Part shown: positions 28,837 through 39,171 of the stretch, in pieces
Layout: each line of letters begins with the position of its first letter
Numbering within the stretch: the first letter of the stretch is position 1
Assembly: GCA_964389675.1 (NCBI GenBank)
Contig: CAYMEV010000001.1
Coordinates: 220,539-284,538, forward strand
Source of the DNA: an uncultured Candidatus Sumerlaeota bacterium
GTDB taxonomy: Bacteria > CAYMEV01
Reading direction: 5' to 3'
Length of the DNA: 64,000 bases
Translations under genes and position numbers: made by a program
Notes under the pieces: model-generated
What the model saw: only the letters and a program-made list of their open reading frames with translations
Told to the model about the DNA's origin: nothing
Databases searched by the model: none

Positions 28837-30150
28837 TCAGAGGCCCCAGTATATTATCCCCATGGATTCTGCCTCTTTCTTATCATAAATCCCCTTAATA
28901 TCTATAAGTATGGAATTTTCCCCGTTAAGATGGCCCTTCAGCCTTCTGATGGTGAACTCCCTCAGAAAAATATCATGCTTGACGGCAGATATTATTGCAT
29001 CATACCTTACATTATCTTTCAATTTATTTAAAAGCCTGATGCCGTAGTGTTTTCCTGCTTCTTCAGCATCAGCGAGGGGATCGTAAATATCAACGCAGGC
29101 CCCGTATTCGATCAGCTCTTCATATATATCTATCACCCTGGTATTTCTTATGTCTGGTATATTCTCCTTGAATGTGAATCCGAGTATTAGTATCTTCGAC
29201 CTGTGAACGTTCTTATCCGCTTTAATGATCTTCTTAACCGTATTTTCAGCTATGAACTTTCCCATGCTGTTGTTTATCTTCCTTCCTGAAAGGATAACCT
29301 GAGGATGATAACCGAGGCTTTCAGCCCTGAAAGTAAGATAGTAAGGATCAACTCCTATGCAGTGGCCCCCGACAAGGCCAGGCTCGAAGCGCAGGAAATT
29401 CCATTTGGTCCCCGCAGCCCTGAGGACCTCACGGGTATCGATATCCATTTTATGGAATATGATTGAAAGCTCATTCATAAAGGCAATATTGAGGTCTCTC
29501 TGCGTGTTTTCTATAACTTTGGCGGCTTCAGCTGTCTTAATGCTGGATACCCTGTAAACACCTGCCTTTATTATGAGTGCATACAGCTGTTCTACAAGGT
29601 CTGCTGTAGCATCAGTATCCCCCGAAACAACCTTTACGATCTTATCAATGGTATGCTCCCTGTCACCAGGATTAACCCTCTCAGGGGAATAACCTACGAA
29701 AAAATCCTTCTTCCAGGCAAGCCCGCTTTCCTCCTCCAGCACAGGCACGCATTCTTCTTCTGTCAGGCCCGGATATACGGTTGATTCATATATCACTACG
29801 GACCCCTTTCTGAGATTCCGCCCGGCTGTTCTTGTTGCATTTATAAGCGCTTTCGTATCCGGGATATTGAACCTGTCTATGGGAGTAGGGACAGCAATTA
29901 TGACAATCCCTGCATTCCTTATTTCCCCGGGGTCATTTGTGAATCTGATATCTGTCTTTGCTAAAAGCTCATTATCAACCTCATGCGTGTTGTCTATCCC
30001 CATTTTCAGCTCGGCAATCCTTTCCTCATTTCTGTCAAAACCGATTACATCAAGCTTCTTTGAAAACTCAACAGCAAGAGGAAGGCCTACATAACCCAGG
30101 CCGATAACAGCAATCTTTTCACGTTTTTCCAAAAGATCAGATAATTTCAA
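28837..30150 (-). CDS. Nucleotide-sugar dehydrogenase (TviB/WbpO-like UDP-HexNAc 6-dehydrogenase)
   Basis: GLGYVG, YESTVYPG, PERVNPG and GGHCIGVDP motifs; TTG start with GGAGG RBS. Confidence 0.9.
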   Translation of the reverse strand: MKLSDLLEKREKIAVIGLGYVGLPLAVEFSKKLDVIGFDRNEERIAELKMGIDNTHEVDNELLAKTDIRFTNDPGEIRNAGIVIIAVPTPIDRFNIPDTKALINATRTAGRNLRKGSVVIYESTVYPGLTEEECVPVLEEESGLAWKKDFFVGYSPERVNPGDREHTIDKIVKVVSGDTDATADLVEQLYALIIKAGVYRVSSIKTAEAAKVIENTQRDLNIAFMNELSIIFHKMDIDTREVLRAAGTKWNFLRFEPGLVGGHCIGVDPYYLTFRAESLGYHPQVILSGRKINNSMGKFIAENTVKKIIKADKNVHRSKILILGFTFKENIPDIRNTRVIDIYEELIEYGACVDIYDPLADAEEAGKHYGIRLLNKLKDNVRYDAIISAVKHDIFLREFTIRRLKGHLNGENSILIDIKGIYDKKEAESMGIIYWGL

Positions 30151-30235
30151 GTGGCACCTCCTGCAACAGAATATTTAGTAATTACACTGTCTGGATATAT
30201 TATCAATATAAAAAAATCATTGACTGAGGCTGCCT

Positions 30236-31168
30236 TTATTCGACAGCATTTATATCCGCTCCTTTCTGGATAAGCCTCCAGGCGATCTCATCATTTGAAT
30301 TTGCGCATGCTATATGCAGGGCTGTCTTATTGTTTCTTGTCCGTGCATTTACATCTGCCCTGTTTTTTAACAGAATTTCAACAAGCTCCTCATTGTTCCT
30401 GGTTACCGCGTTTATCAGCGGAGTGGTCCCGTCTTCCTCAGCAGAATTGACATCAGCCCCTGCTTCGATCAGCATCTCTGATATATAGAGTTCTGAATTC
30501 ATGCATGCAATATTCAGCGCTGTCCTGCCATTCCTTGCTTTGGCATTTACATCTGCGCCCTTTTCAATAAGAAACCCTGCGAGCCTTTCATTATTGCGTA
30601 TACAAGCATAAAGAAGCGGAGTCAGCCCGTCGCTGTCGGCTGCATTCACATCTGCACCACCGGAGACCAGCATCCTTGATATAAGATACTCGGAGTTCAT
30701 GCAGGATACATGCAGTGCTGTCCGCAGGCTCGCATCCCTGGCATTAATATCCGCATTCTTTTTTATCAGCAGGTCAGCAAGTTCATCATTATTGCGCATG
30801 ACAGCATAATGAAGCGGAGTCAGCCCGTCGCTGTCAGCCGTATTTACATCTGCCCCGGCCGAAATAAGCATCTTGGATATGCCGTACCTTGAGTTCATGC
30901 AGGATATATGCAGTGCTGTCCGCAGGTTCTCCTCCCTTGCGTTGACATCTGCCCCCTTCTCGAGAAGAAAGCCTGAAAGCTCCTCATTGTTTCTCATTAC
31001 TGCATACATTAAGGGTGTAAATCCCATATTTTTCTGCAGGCCATCCCCGGAGCTGATCTCTGCCTGATCACTGCCTTCAGTGCTTCCTGTTTCATCTGAA
31101 GCCTGCAGGGCTGGTATAGAATAAATTAATACAATAAGGATAAGACAGGTAAATAAAAGCCTTTTCAT
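30236..31168 (-). CDS. Secreted ankyrin-repeat protein (8 repeats)
   Basis: Signal peptide; alternating TPL.YA…GADVNA and TALH..C…GADVN units. Confidence 0.92.
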   Translation of the reverse strand: MKRLLFTCLILIVLIYSIPALQASDETGSTEGSDQAEISSGDGLQKNMGFTPLMYAVMRNNEELSGFLLEKGADVNAREENLRTALHISCMNSRYGISKMLISAGADVNTADSDGLTPLHYAVMRNNDELADLLIKKNADINARDASLRTALHVSCMNSEYLISRMLVSGGADVNAADSDGLTPLLYACIRNNERLAGFLIEKGADVNAKARNGRTALNIACMNSELYISEMLIEAGADVNSAEEDGTTPLINAVTRNNEELVEILLKNRADVNARTRNNKTALHIACANSNDEIAWRLIQKGADINAVE

Positions 31169-31199
31169 TTCATTCTCCTTTTAATTTCTATTTCAGGTA

Positions 31200-32498
31200 T
31201 CATGATTTCCTTTTCAGTATTGCCATGCATTCCACATGGAATGTGCATGGAAACATATCATACAATACCATGCTGTCAATTTCATAGGCTGACGAAAGCT
31301 CCTGCAGGTCCCTTGCCAGCGTGGAAGGGTTGCATGATATATAAATTATTTTCTTTGCAGACCTTCTGCTGATTCTTCTTATAACCCTGGGTGATATGCC
31401 TGCCCTTGGGGGATCTATGAGGATTATATCGGGCATTTCATCTGATTCTCTCAGAAAATGCCTTACATCAGCCCTGTAATAATCATAATTCCTTATGCCA
31501 TTTATCCTGCAGTTATAGTTAAATTCCCTCTCAGACAGTTCACTTATCTCAACGCCTGTTACATGTTCTGCATAGTCTGACAGGATAATGCCCCAGAATC
31601 CGCTGCCTGAGAACAGATCAAACATCAGACGCGGTCTTTCATCCCTGCTTACATTGATCAGCCTCTCTATTATCTTTTCGGTAATATAAGGGTTTACCTG
31701 GAAAAATGACTCTGGTGACATTGCAAACCTGCATTTCCCGTAGTGGTCTTCAATAATCAGCGACCCTGAACTGAATATCAGGTCTGTAACAGTATTTTTC
31801 TTTTCAGAAATTATGCTGTTATATGCCTTTATCCCTTTAAGCCCTTTGCAACTGAAGCCCTTTAATGCATCAAGGAAGCTGCAGGGTTCCTTCAGGTTCT
31901 CAAACCACAAGACAAGAAGGATATCCCCTTCCCTGTTAGACCTCATCGTAAAATGGGTAAGCTCATCCGGGACCATTGAGCTGTTCTTATTTAAGAACAT
32001 CCTTATTCTGCTGTAGAATTCCTGTATGCTTTGATTTGCAAGGAGGCATTTCTCAATATCAATTACCCTTCTCCAGTCATCCCTTCTATGAAAACCAATA
32101 TTTAAGGAGCCCTCTTTATCCTTTTTTATGCTTGCTTCAATCTTGTTCCTGTAATGATAACGGTCATCTGAGGGTATGAAATCAGATACACTGCATTTTA
32201 TACCGGACAGCCTTTCCATGGTCTCCTCGAAAACCTCCCTTTTTATATCAAGCTCATGACTGTAGGGGACAATCTGGTAAGAGCAACCTGCGCAATTCTC
32301 AAAATGAGGGCATAAGGGTTCGATCCGTTCAGGCGACGGGCTTATAATGCTGTCTATCCTGCCGAACAGGACCCTTTTTCGCTTTTTGTATATAAAGGGG
32401 TTTATTTCATCTCCTGCAACAGCTTTTTCTATAAAAAAGGTCCTGCTGTTCTCAAATCCCAGTCCATAACCACCGAATACAGGCTTGATTATCTTCAT
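31200..32498 (-). CDS. rlmD: RNA m5U methyltransferase, RlmD/TrmA family
   Basis: TRAM-like N-terminus; CPHFENCAGC Fe-S motif; SFFQVN, DPPR, YISC and DMFPxTxHVE motifs. Confidence 0.85.
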   Translation of the reverse strand: MKIIKPVFGGYGLGFENSRTFFIEKAVAGDEINPFIYKKRKRVLFGRIDSIISPSPERIEPLCPHFENCAGCSYQIVPYSHELDIKREVFEETMERLSGIKCSVSDFIPSDDRYHYRNKIEASIKKDKEGSLNIGFHRRDDWRRVIDIEKCLLANQSIQEFYSRIRMFLNKNSSMVPDELTHFTMRSNREGDILLVLWFENLKEPCSFLDALKGFSCKGLKGIKAYNSIISEKKNTVTDLIFSSGSLIIEDHYGKCRFAMSPESFFQVNPYITEKIIERLINVSRDERPRLMFDLFSGSGFWGIILSDYAEHVTGVEISELSEREFNYNCRINGIRNYDYYRADVRHFLRESDEMPDIILIDPPRAGISPRVIRRISRRSAKKIIYISCNPSTLARDLQELSSAYEIDSMVLYDMFPCTFHVECMAILKRKS

Positions 32499-32525
32499 CT
32501 GATCACCGCTGATATAATCTTAGTG

Positions 32526-33896
32526 CTAAGTTCCTGATACAGTTATGTCCTTTACCAGGAAATGCGGGACAGAGACACTGCCCCTGAAAACAAGGTCATT
32601 CCCTATCATGGTGATATTATTCAGTATATTATCAAAATTCTCCGCAATAGTGATCCTGCCTACAGGCCTGTCCATCTTTCCGTCCTTGAGCAGAAGCCCT
32701 GATACACCTATGCTGACGCTTCCCGATACAGGATCGATCCCGAATCCGAGAATCTCAAAAATGTAGAGTCCATAATCAACAGATTTTATTATATCCGGTA
32801 TGGGATAGCTGTTTTTATCCTCAAGGTAGCAGTTGGATGAACTTATATAAGGCCTCTGGTTGTATGAATCCCTGAATGCATTGCCTGAGGGCTCAACCTC
32901 AAGCTTCTCAGCGCTGTTCAGGTCAGTAAGGAAGCATTTTAAGATACCGTTCTGAATAATATACTTCTTTTTCGTCTTAGTACCCTCTCCGTCCACTGGA
33001 AGCGAAGATACACCCTTTACCATGACTGCATCATCAATCAGGTTGATGTTCTCACTGGCTATCTTTTTGCCGAGGCTGTCCGCATAGTATGAGGAGCCTT
33101 TGATCACTGCATCACCGCTGAATGCTCCAATTATCCCGGAAAAAAGGTCAATTCCAGCATCAGGGTGGAACAGGACAGGCACTTTGCAGGTCTTTATGGG
33201 TTCTCCTCCAAGAAGCCTGACGGCTTTATTTGCTATAAACCTCCCGAATCCCCTGTACCTTGGCAGTTCATTCCTGTATATGGATACCCAGCCAGCATAG
33301 CTTGATTTTGTCTCTGGGCCTTTTTTTGCAATGACACCAAGGCCTACGCTGTAGATGCTTTTCCTGTAGGTTTGAAAATAGCCTTCTGAGGAGCATAAGC
33401 TGAAACTTCCCCCGAAAAGGCCCATTGAGGCCCCCCTTGATGAGTCGATCTCTCTTCTTGCTTTCAGGCAGTCTCTTTCCAGCCCTTTGAGGTATTTAAT
33501 TTCCTCTTCCGGATCGAAACTGTCAATATACCCATCCCAGATATCAAGGCTTTTAATATATGATCCATCCACCTTGTCAAACCTGCAGTTCTTTGAAAAT
33601 TCTGATTCTCCGATATATTTTACCAGCTCCAGGGCATTCTGAAAAAGGTCATCAAGCCCTGACTCATTAACATTTGCCGAGACTGCAAATATCATCTTAT
33701 TATCTTTATAGACCCTCATTCCCATCCCGTGTTCAAGATTATCCTTAAGCGAGCTTAGCTTTCCGTCCTTTACATTTATGCCCACATACCTGGAATGTGT
33801 TATAAACAGGTCACCGCCGTCAAATTCCGCTTTTTTACATGTCTGGCTGAACAGCCTGCCAATATGGCTGTGCAGTTCTATCAAGTTTTTTTCCAT
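32526..33896 (-). CDS. pmbA: PmbA/TldE protein (pair 1)
   Basis: DGEG…GIL…GNA pattern, no HExxxH, downstream of tldD. Confidence 0.85.
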   Translation of the reverse strand: MEKNLIELHSHIGRLFSQTCKKAEFDGGDLFITHSRYVGINVKDGKLSSLKDNLEHGMGMRVYKDNKMIFAVSANVNESGLDDLFQNALELVKYIGESEFSKNCRFDKVDGSYIKSLDIWDGYIDSFDPEEEIKYLKGLERDCLKARREIDSSRGASMGLFGGSFSLCSSEGYFQTYRKSIYSVGLGVIAKKGPETKSSYAGWVSIYRNELPRYRGFGRFIANKAVRLLGGEPIKTCKVPVLFHPDAGIDLFSGIIGAFSGDAVIKGSSYYADSLGKKIASENINLIDDAVMVKGVSSLPVDGEGTKTKKKYIIQNGILKCFLTDLNSAEKLEVEPSGNAFRDSYNQRPYISSSNCYLEDKNSYPIPDIIKSVDYGLYIFEILGFGIDPVSGSVSIGVSGLLLKDGKMDRPVGRITIAENFDNILNNITMIGNDLVFRGSVSVPHFLVKDITVSGT

Positions 33897-33908
33897 TTAC
33901 TGCCTCCT

Positions 33909-35426
33909 TTATCCGCTGATACCGCCAACTGTCATTTCTGATACCCTGATCGTAGGCTGTCCTACATTTACAGGCACATACTGTCCTCCCTTACCGCATA
34001 TTCCCGGTGCAAAATCCAGGTCTGAAGCAACAGCATCAACCTTTTTAAGACTGTCAGGGCCCCTTCCTATAAGAGTGGCACCCCTGACAGGGCTCGTGAC
34101 CTTTCCGTTTTCGATCAGATAGCCCTCTCTTACCGTAAATGTATAGTTGCCTGTTACAATATCCACTGAACCGCCGCCAAACTTTACGGCATAAAGGGCA
34201 TATTTTGTATCTTCAATTATCTGCTCCGGGGATGTCTTCCCCGGCATGAGAAATGTATTAGTCATTCTTACCTGCGGAGAATGCCTGAAGGACTGCCTTC
34301 TTGAATTGCCTGAATTCTCCATTTTCAGTTTTTCCGAGGTATCTATATCTGTCATATATTTTATCAGCTCACCCCCGGCAATAAGGATATTCTCTTTCGA
34401 AGGCGAACCCTCATCATCATAGTTGTACGAGCCCCTGAACCTTTTCAGGCTTCCGCTGTCAGCAAGGAAGGCATGCTCAGATGCTACCTTTTTCCCGACC
34501 ATTCCGCCGTAAAAGGAGGAACCCCCTACAACGCCGTCAGCTTCCAGTCCATGCCCTACAGCCTCATGAATAATTACACCTCCCCAGCCATTTGCAATAA
34601 CAACAGGGATACTTCCCGCAGGTGCATCCAGAGCATCGACCATTGTTACTGCCTCGAGGGCAGCATCTCTGCCTGCCTTTAATGGAAATTGGTCATCGAA
34701 CATCTCATATCCTGCTGCATAACTTACCCGCCTTCTGCCCATATGCCTTCTTCCTTCCTTAACACCGAGGCAATAAACGATAAAAAATACAATAGGCTGG
34801 TAATCGACCGCAAAAACACCTTTGGAGTTGGCAACGGCTATTCTTCTCAATGACTCAATATAATCGATCTTAATATACTGTATAATATCGGAAACCTTCT
34901 TTGCCTCTTCATATGCCTTGTTCATCTGCACAATCCTTTTCTCGAGGCTCAGGTCTGCAAGATCTGTTTTTACAGGCAGTATCCCTCTGTCAGGCATTAT
35001 TTTAAGCTCAACAGGCTTTATCCCGGTTTTTTTCAGGTCGGCTATCCTGCATGCCCTGTCAACAGTCCTTAAAACATCATCCCTTTTCAGTGACTGAGTA
35101 TATGCATAGCCTGTTGCTTCATCCTTTCTTGTCCTTATTCCTATTCCTGAATCCACGCCATAATCAATATCGCTGACTGTACCGTTCTCCATTGTAATGC
35201 TTCTTTCCACGACATTTTCATAAAAGAAGTCACAATAATCCATTCTCTTTTCAAGAGCTTTCTTTATGGCTTCCTTTGATATATCAATATATTCAGGCTG
35301 ATCAGCGTTCTCAAAGGCAAAAAGCCTCCCGACACTGCTTATTGCCGGCAGGGTCAGGGTCACACCGACCACTTTGCCGGCTGATTTAATGAATGCCCTC
35401 CTGTTCATCTTATGGAAAAGATCCAT
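33909..35426 (-). CDS. tldD: TldD metalloprotease with Tat-like signal (pair 1)
   Basis: HEAVGH, DDEG, RMTNT and CGKGGQ motifs; N-terminal NRRAFIK plus hydrophobic stretch. Confidence 0.9.
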   Translation of the reverse strand: MDLFHKMNRRAFIKSAGKVVGVTLTLPAISSVGRLFAFENADQPEYIDISKEAIKKALEKRMDYCDFFYENVVERSITMENGTVSDIDYGVDSGIGIRTRKDEATGYAYTQSLKRDDVLRTVDRACRIADLKKTGIKPVELKIMPDRGILPVKTDLADLSLEKRIVQMNKAYEEAKKVSDIIQYIKIDYIESLRRIAVANSKGVFAVDYQPIVFFIVYCLGVKEGRRHMGRRRVSYAAGYEMFDDQFPLKAGRDAALEAVTMVDALDAPAGSIPVVIANGWGGVIIHEAVGHGLEADGVVGGSSFYGGMVGKKVASEHAFLADSGSLKRFRGSYNYDDEGSPSKENILIAGGELIKYMTDIDTSEKLKMENSGNSRRQSFRHSPQVRMTNTFLMPGKTSPEQIIEDTKYALYAVKFGGGSVDIVTGNYTFTVREGYLIENGKVTSPVRGATLIGRGPDSLKKVDAVASDLDFAPGICGKGGQYVPVNVGQPTIRVSEMTVGGISG

Positions 35427-35481
35427 CTTTTCTCCCCTTCCTAAGGTATTTTAAGAGTCCCGATCCTTGATAATATAAAAA

Positions 35482-36252
35482 TTATATGCTTTCCTTCTGG
35501 CCTGCTTTGTTATAGCGTATCCTGCCGAACTCAGACAGGCCTTTCAGTACACTGCCCTCAAATACAGGCCCGTCGACACAGGTGATCCTGTCGTTTATTG
35601 CACACTGCCCGCATATTCCGGTTCCGCATTTCATATATCTCTCCAGGGAGGCAAAGAGCTTTATATCATTGCCTTCACAAATTTCAAGAAGCCGGCAGAG
35701 CATCTTCTCCGGCCCGCAGGCATAAGCAGTTTTTACACTGTTTTTCTGTATATACTCCATGAAAATATCGGTAATAAATCCCCTCCTCCCGAATGAGCCG
35801 TCATCAGTGGCATAAATACAGTTGCTGAACCGTTCAGTAAAAATTATATCATCTCTGCTCTTTGAACCGTAGAGAAGCCTGATGCCGGGATTATTCAAAG
35901 CAAGAAGGCTGACGCTTGCTATTCCCACACCCCCTGCAACGATCACGCTCTTTTTTTCTGATACAAACTCAAATCCCCTGCCAAAAGGGCCCCTGATGCC
36001 AATGCTCTCTCCTGCGGTAAGCCCGGATATTTTTTGAGTAAAATCCCCTATTATCCTTACGGTAATTTCAATGCTTTCCTGATTAATGTCTGAAACAGCA
36101 AAAGGCTTCTCATTAACAGAGGGTATCCAAAGCATGATAAACTGCCCCTCATGATAGTAGAAATCTCCCGGTTTATCAAGGATGAGTGAGACTGTGTCCT
36201 TTGTGCGCTGTATCCTGCTTCGGATTCTAACATAATGATAATTATGGATCAT
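35482..36252 (-). CDS. pyrK: Dihydroorotate dehydrogenase electron-transfer subunit-like protein (FAD/[2Fe-2S])
   Basis: GPFGRGF, AGGVG, CGPEKM and MKCGTGICGQC…CVDGPVF motifs. Confidence 0.8.
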   Translation of the reverse strand: MIHNYHYVRIRSRIQRTKDTVSLILDKPGDFYYHEGQFIMLWIPSVNEKPFAVSDINQESIEITVRIIGDFTQKISGLTAGESIGIRGPFGRGFEFVSEKKSVIVAGGVGIASVSLLALNNPGIRLLYGSKSRDDIIFTERFSNCIYATDDGSFGRRGFITDIFMEYIQKNSVKTAYACGPEKMLCRLLEICEGNDIKLFASLERYMKCGTGICGQCAINDRITCVDGPVFEGSVLKGLSEFGRIRYNKAGQKESI

Positions 36253-36352
36253 AAAGGCATCTCCAAATCATTTGCAGGCTAATTAAAATTAAAGCATACA
36301 ATAATAGCCTATGCTTAATGAAAAAATATTCAAGAATAATTTAGCAATATTT

Positions 36353-37387
36353 TCAGATCCCAAGCGACAGCAGAATATCATCAGTAAGCTCTTTATAAGA
36401 TAACCCGGACACCTTTTCATAGCCTTTTCTGCCGAGTTTCCCGGCCTTTTCCCTGTCATTGCAGATCAGCATGATGCTGCTGGCCATCTCTTCAGGGTCC
36501 TCCCTGCATATATAGCCGTTTACGCCATTTTCAACAAATTCAAGGACCCCTCCGCTGTCATTAACAGTAATTACGGGCTTTCTGGAAAGAAATGCCTCAT
36601 GAGTAACGAAACCGTAATCTTCATCAAAGGGGCAGAAGACGACACACAGGCAATTGCTGTAAAGCCCGCACAGCTCATCGAATCCTGCACGGCTTTTTAT
36701 CGATACCCTTTCAGACAGTCCCTTTTTTTCTATCATGATCTTCAGGCTTTCGGAAAGGCTTCCGCTTCCGACCATTATGCCCTTTATTCCATGAGGGAGG
36801 AAGCTGAGTGCTTCTATAAAGAGGTGAGGCCTTTTATCCTCCTCCAGCCTGCTGACAAAAAGTATATAATCTTCATAAACCCCTTCTTTGTAGCTAGTTT
36901 TACCTGGAGGAGGGACATATATATGCTGTGTGCTGATTCCGAAATACCGCTCAAGCCTTGATGAAACCGTCCTTGATATGGTTTTTACAAAATCCAGTTC
37001 AGAAAGCCTCTGCTTCTCCATCTGGTAGATCATGCCCCTTAACTGGTCATCCATGCTGTTATGTGAAAAGGATGAGAACCTGGTCCCAAAGAATTCATAA
37101 AGCTCCCTGTGCTGATGGATGAGATAAAGATAAATATTGGGATGGCTTACGAGATAGCTTGGGAATTTTGTTGCAATAATACCATAGTAATCTGAAAGAT
37201 CAAGTGCCTGGAAATCTATTATGCTTTTGATAAGAGCCTCTTTTGTATCTGTCCTGAACGGAAAATGCCTCAGCTCTGCGGATACCCCGTTTTTTTTCAG
37301 CTCCGAGCAAAGATCTTCGGCAAGGAGCTCTGCACCGCCAAGTATGCCCTCTCTTGACGGGAGGAGTATGCAAAGAGTCTTGTCCAT
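36353..37387 (-). CDS. Glycosyltransferase family 4
   Basis: GGAE, SRLEEDKR, and EDYGFVTHEA (ExFG…E-type) motifs. Confidence 0.88.
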   Translation of the reverse strand: MDKTLCILLPSREGILGGAELLAEDLCSELKKNGVSAELRHFPFRTDTKEALIKSIIDFQALDLSDYYGIIATKFPSYLVSHPNIYLYLIHQHRELYEFFGTRFSSFSHNSMDDQLRGMIYQMEKQRLSELDFVKTISRTVSSRLERYFGISTQHIYVPPPGKTSYKEGVYEDYILFVSRLEEDKRPHLFIEALSFLPHGIKGIMVGSGSLSESLKIMIEKKGLSERVSIKSRAGFDELCGLYSNCLCVVFCPFDEDYGFVTHEAFLSRKPVITVNDSGGVLEFVENGVNGYICREDPEEMASSIMLICNDREKAGKLGRKGYEKVSGLSYKELTDDILLSLGI

Positions 37388-37394
37388 CTGCCTG

Positions 37395-39170
37395 TCAGAA
37401 CAGCTTTTTGATAAGCGCCCTGTTATTAGCCTCTATGATCTTTCTCTTTGTCTTTTTCGTGGGGGTCAGCTCACCTGACTCCTCAGTCCACTCCCTTGGA
37501 AGCAATGCTATCCTCTTTATCCTCTCAAAGAAGGCAAGGTCTTTCAGCTCCTCATCAATATCGCTTTTGACCATTTTAATGACCTTCTCGTCTTTAAGCA
37601 TCTCTTCATATGGCTTGTTTATCTCAAGCCTTTGCGAGACTGTCCTTGTAATTGCTTCTTTATCCGGCACTATGAGGGCAGCAAGGTATTTCTGGTTGTC
37701 TCCCAGAACAATGGCCTGTGAAAGGTAACTGATCTTCAGTACCTGGCTTTCTATCGGCGATGGGGCAACATTCTTGCCGTTTGACATGACTATTATATTC
37801 TTTTTTCTGTCAGTTATGGTAATAAAGCCGTTTTTATCGATAAAACCGATGTCACCTGTCTTGAACCACCCTTCCTCATCGAATGCCTCTTTTGTCTCAG
37901 CTTCATCCTTGTAATAGCCCTTCATGACCAGGTCGCCCTTGACAAGGATCTCTCCATCATCGCTTATCTTAACCTCCACATTGGGGATCACCTTTCCTAC
38001 AGAGCCAAATTTTACGGCACCGGGCTGGTTTGCTGAAATTACTGGTGAGGTCTCAGTAAGGCCATAGCCCTCGTAGATTATCAGCCCTGCAGCAAAGAAA
38101 AATTCTATTGTCTCAACAGATAGAGGGGCACCGCCGGACACAAAGAAATTAAGCCTGCCCCCGACCTTTTCCCTGATGCTTTTGAATACAAGCCTGTCCG
38201 CTATTTTCGCAAGCTGTGCAGTGACAAAGGGTACTTTTCTGCCCTCGAGTTCGCAATATACCTTTTTAACAGCTGCCCTTGTCGTAATATGAAAGATTTT
38301 CTGCTTTATTGCCGGTGATTTTTTCACAGTGTTTTTAATCTTCTTCAGGATCTGCTCGTACAGCCTCGGGACGCTTATCATAACTGTCGGCCTTGCTTCC
38401 AGCAGGTTTTCAGATACCTTTTCTATTGATTCTGCATATACTATATGGCTTCCAAGGTAGATCTCATGAAAATGAGAAGCAAGCCTTTCAAGCACATGTG
38501 AAAGGGGAAGGAAGGATAATATCGTATCATCCTTTGTAATTGGATACAGGTCTTTCAATGCATTTATATTGCAGAAGAAATTCTTGTGGGAAAGCATTAC
38601 TCCCTTCTGTACCCCTGTGGTACCTGATGTATAGACAAAGCTTATTATATCATCTTCCCTCACATGCTTGTTCAGCTCCTCCAGCGTTACAGTCCTGTTC
38701 TCTTTGCCAAGCCTGAGCACATCATCAAAACTGTAATAGCTATCGTCTTCAATACCCATGGTATTGACCACTATGGCAATGATCTCTTTCTTCAGTGATT
38801 TTCGGACCTGCTGAAGCTTGGAATACTGGTATTTATCACCGATCACAATAAAAGACGATTCTGAGTGGTTAAGCAGGAATTCGATCTGTCTGGGTGCTGT
38901 TGAATTGTATATCGGTACATTAATGCCTGAAAGGAACTGGGAGCTAAGGTCTGTGATCAGCCACTGGGGGCTGTTCTTTTCAAGTATCGCTATTTTAGAA
39001 TCTTTTTTGAATCCGAGCTTCTTCAGGCCGTTTGTAAAATCCGTTATGAGCTCATAGACCTTTCCCCATGTAATACTCTGATATGGCTTGCCCTCTTCCT
39101 TCCAGCTCAGCCCGACCTTATCCCCGTACTTCGCTGATGTCTCCAGAAATGCATTTGTAAAAGTGTTCAT
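37395..39170 (-). CDS. Long-chain fatty acid-CoA ligase
   Basis: YTSGTTG, GYGLTE, TGDIG and TPTKK motifs. Confidence 0.9.
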   Translation of the reverse strand: MNTFTNAFLETSAKYGDKVGLSWKEEGKPYQSITWGKVYELITDFTNGLKKLGFKKDSKIAILEKNSPQWLITDLSSQFLSGINVPIYNSTAPRQIEFLLNHSESSFIVIGDKYQYSKLQQVRKSLKKEIIAIVVNTMGIEDDSYYSFDDVLRLGKENRTVTLEELNKHVREDDIISFVYTSGTTGVQKGVMLSHKNFFCNINALKDLYPITKDDTILSFLPLSHVLERLASHFHEIYLGSHIVYAESIEKVSENLLEARPTVMISVPRLYEQILKKIKNTVKKSPAIKQKIFHITTRAAVKKVYCELEGRKVPFVTAQLAKIADRLVFKSIREKVGGRLNFFVSGGAPLSVETIEFFFAAGLIIYEGYGLTETSPVISANQPGAVKFGSVGKVIPNVEVKISDDGEILVKGDLVMKGYYKDEAETKEAFDEEGWFKTGDIGFIDKNGFITITDRKKNIIVMSNGKNVAPSPIESQVLKISYLSQAIVLGDNQKYLAALIVPDKEAITRTVSQRLEINKPYEEMLKDEKVIKMVKSDIDEELKDLAFFERIKRIALLPREWTEESGELTPTKKTKRKIIEANNRALIKKLF

Positions 39171-39171
39171 T

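Noticed and set aside
35482-36252. pyrK without an adjacent pyrD as a novel redox module
   Set aside because: pyrD may simply lie elsewhere in the genome; nothing in the window supports another role
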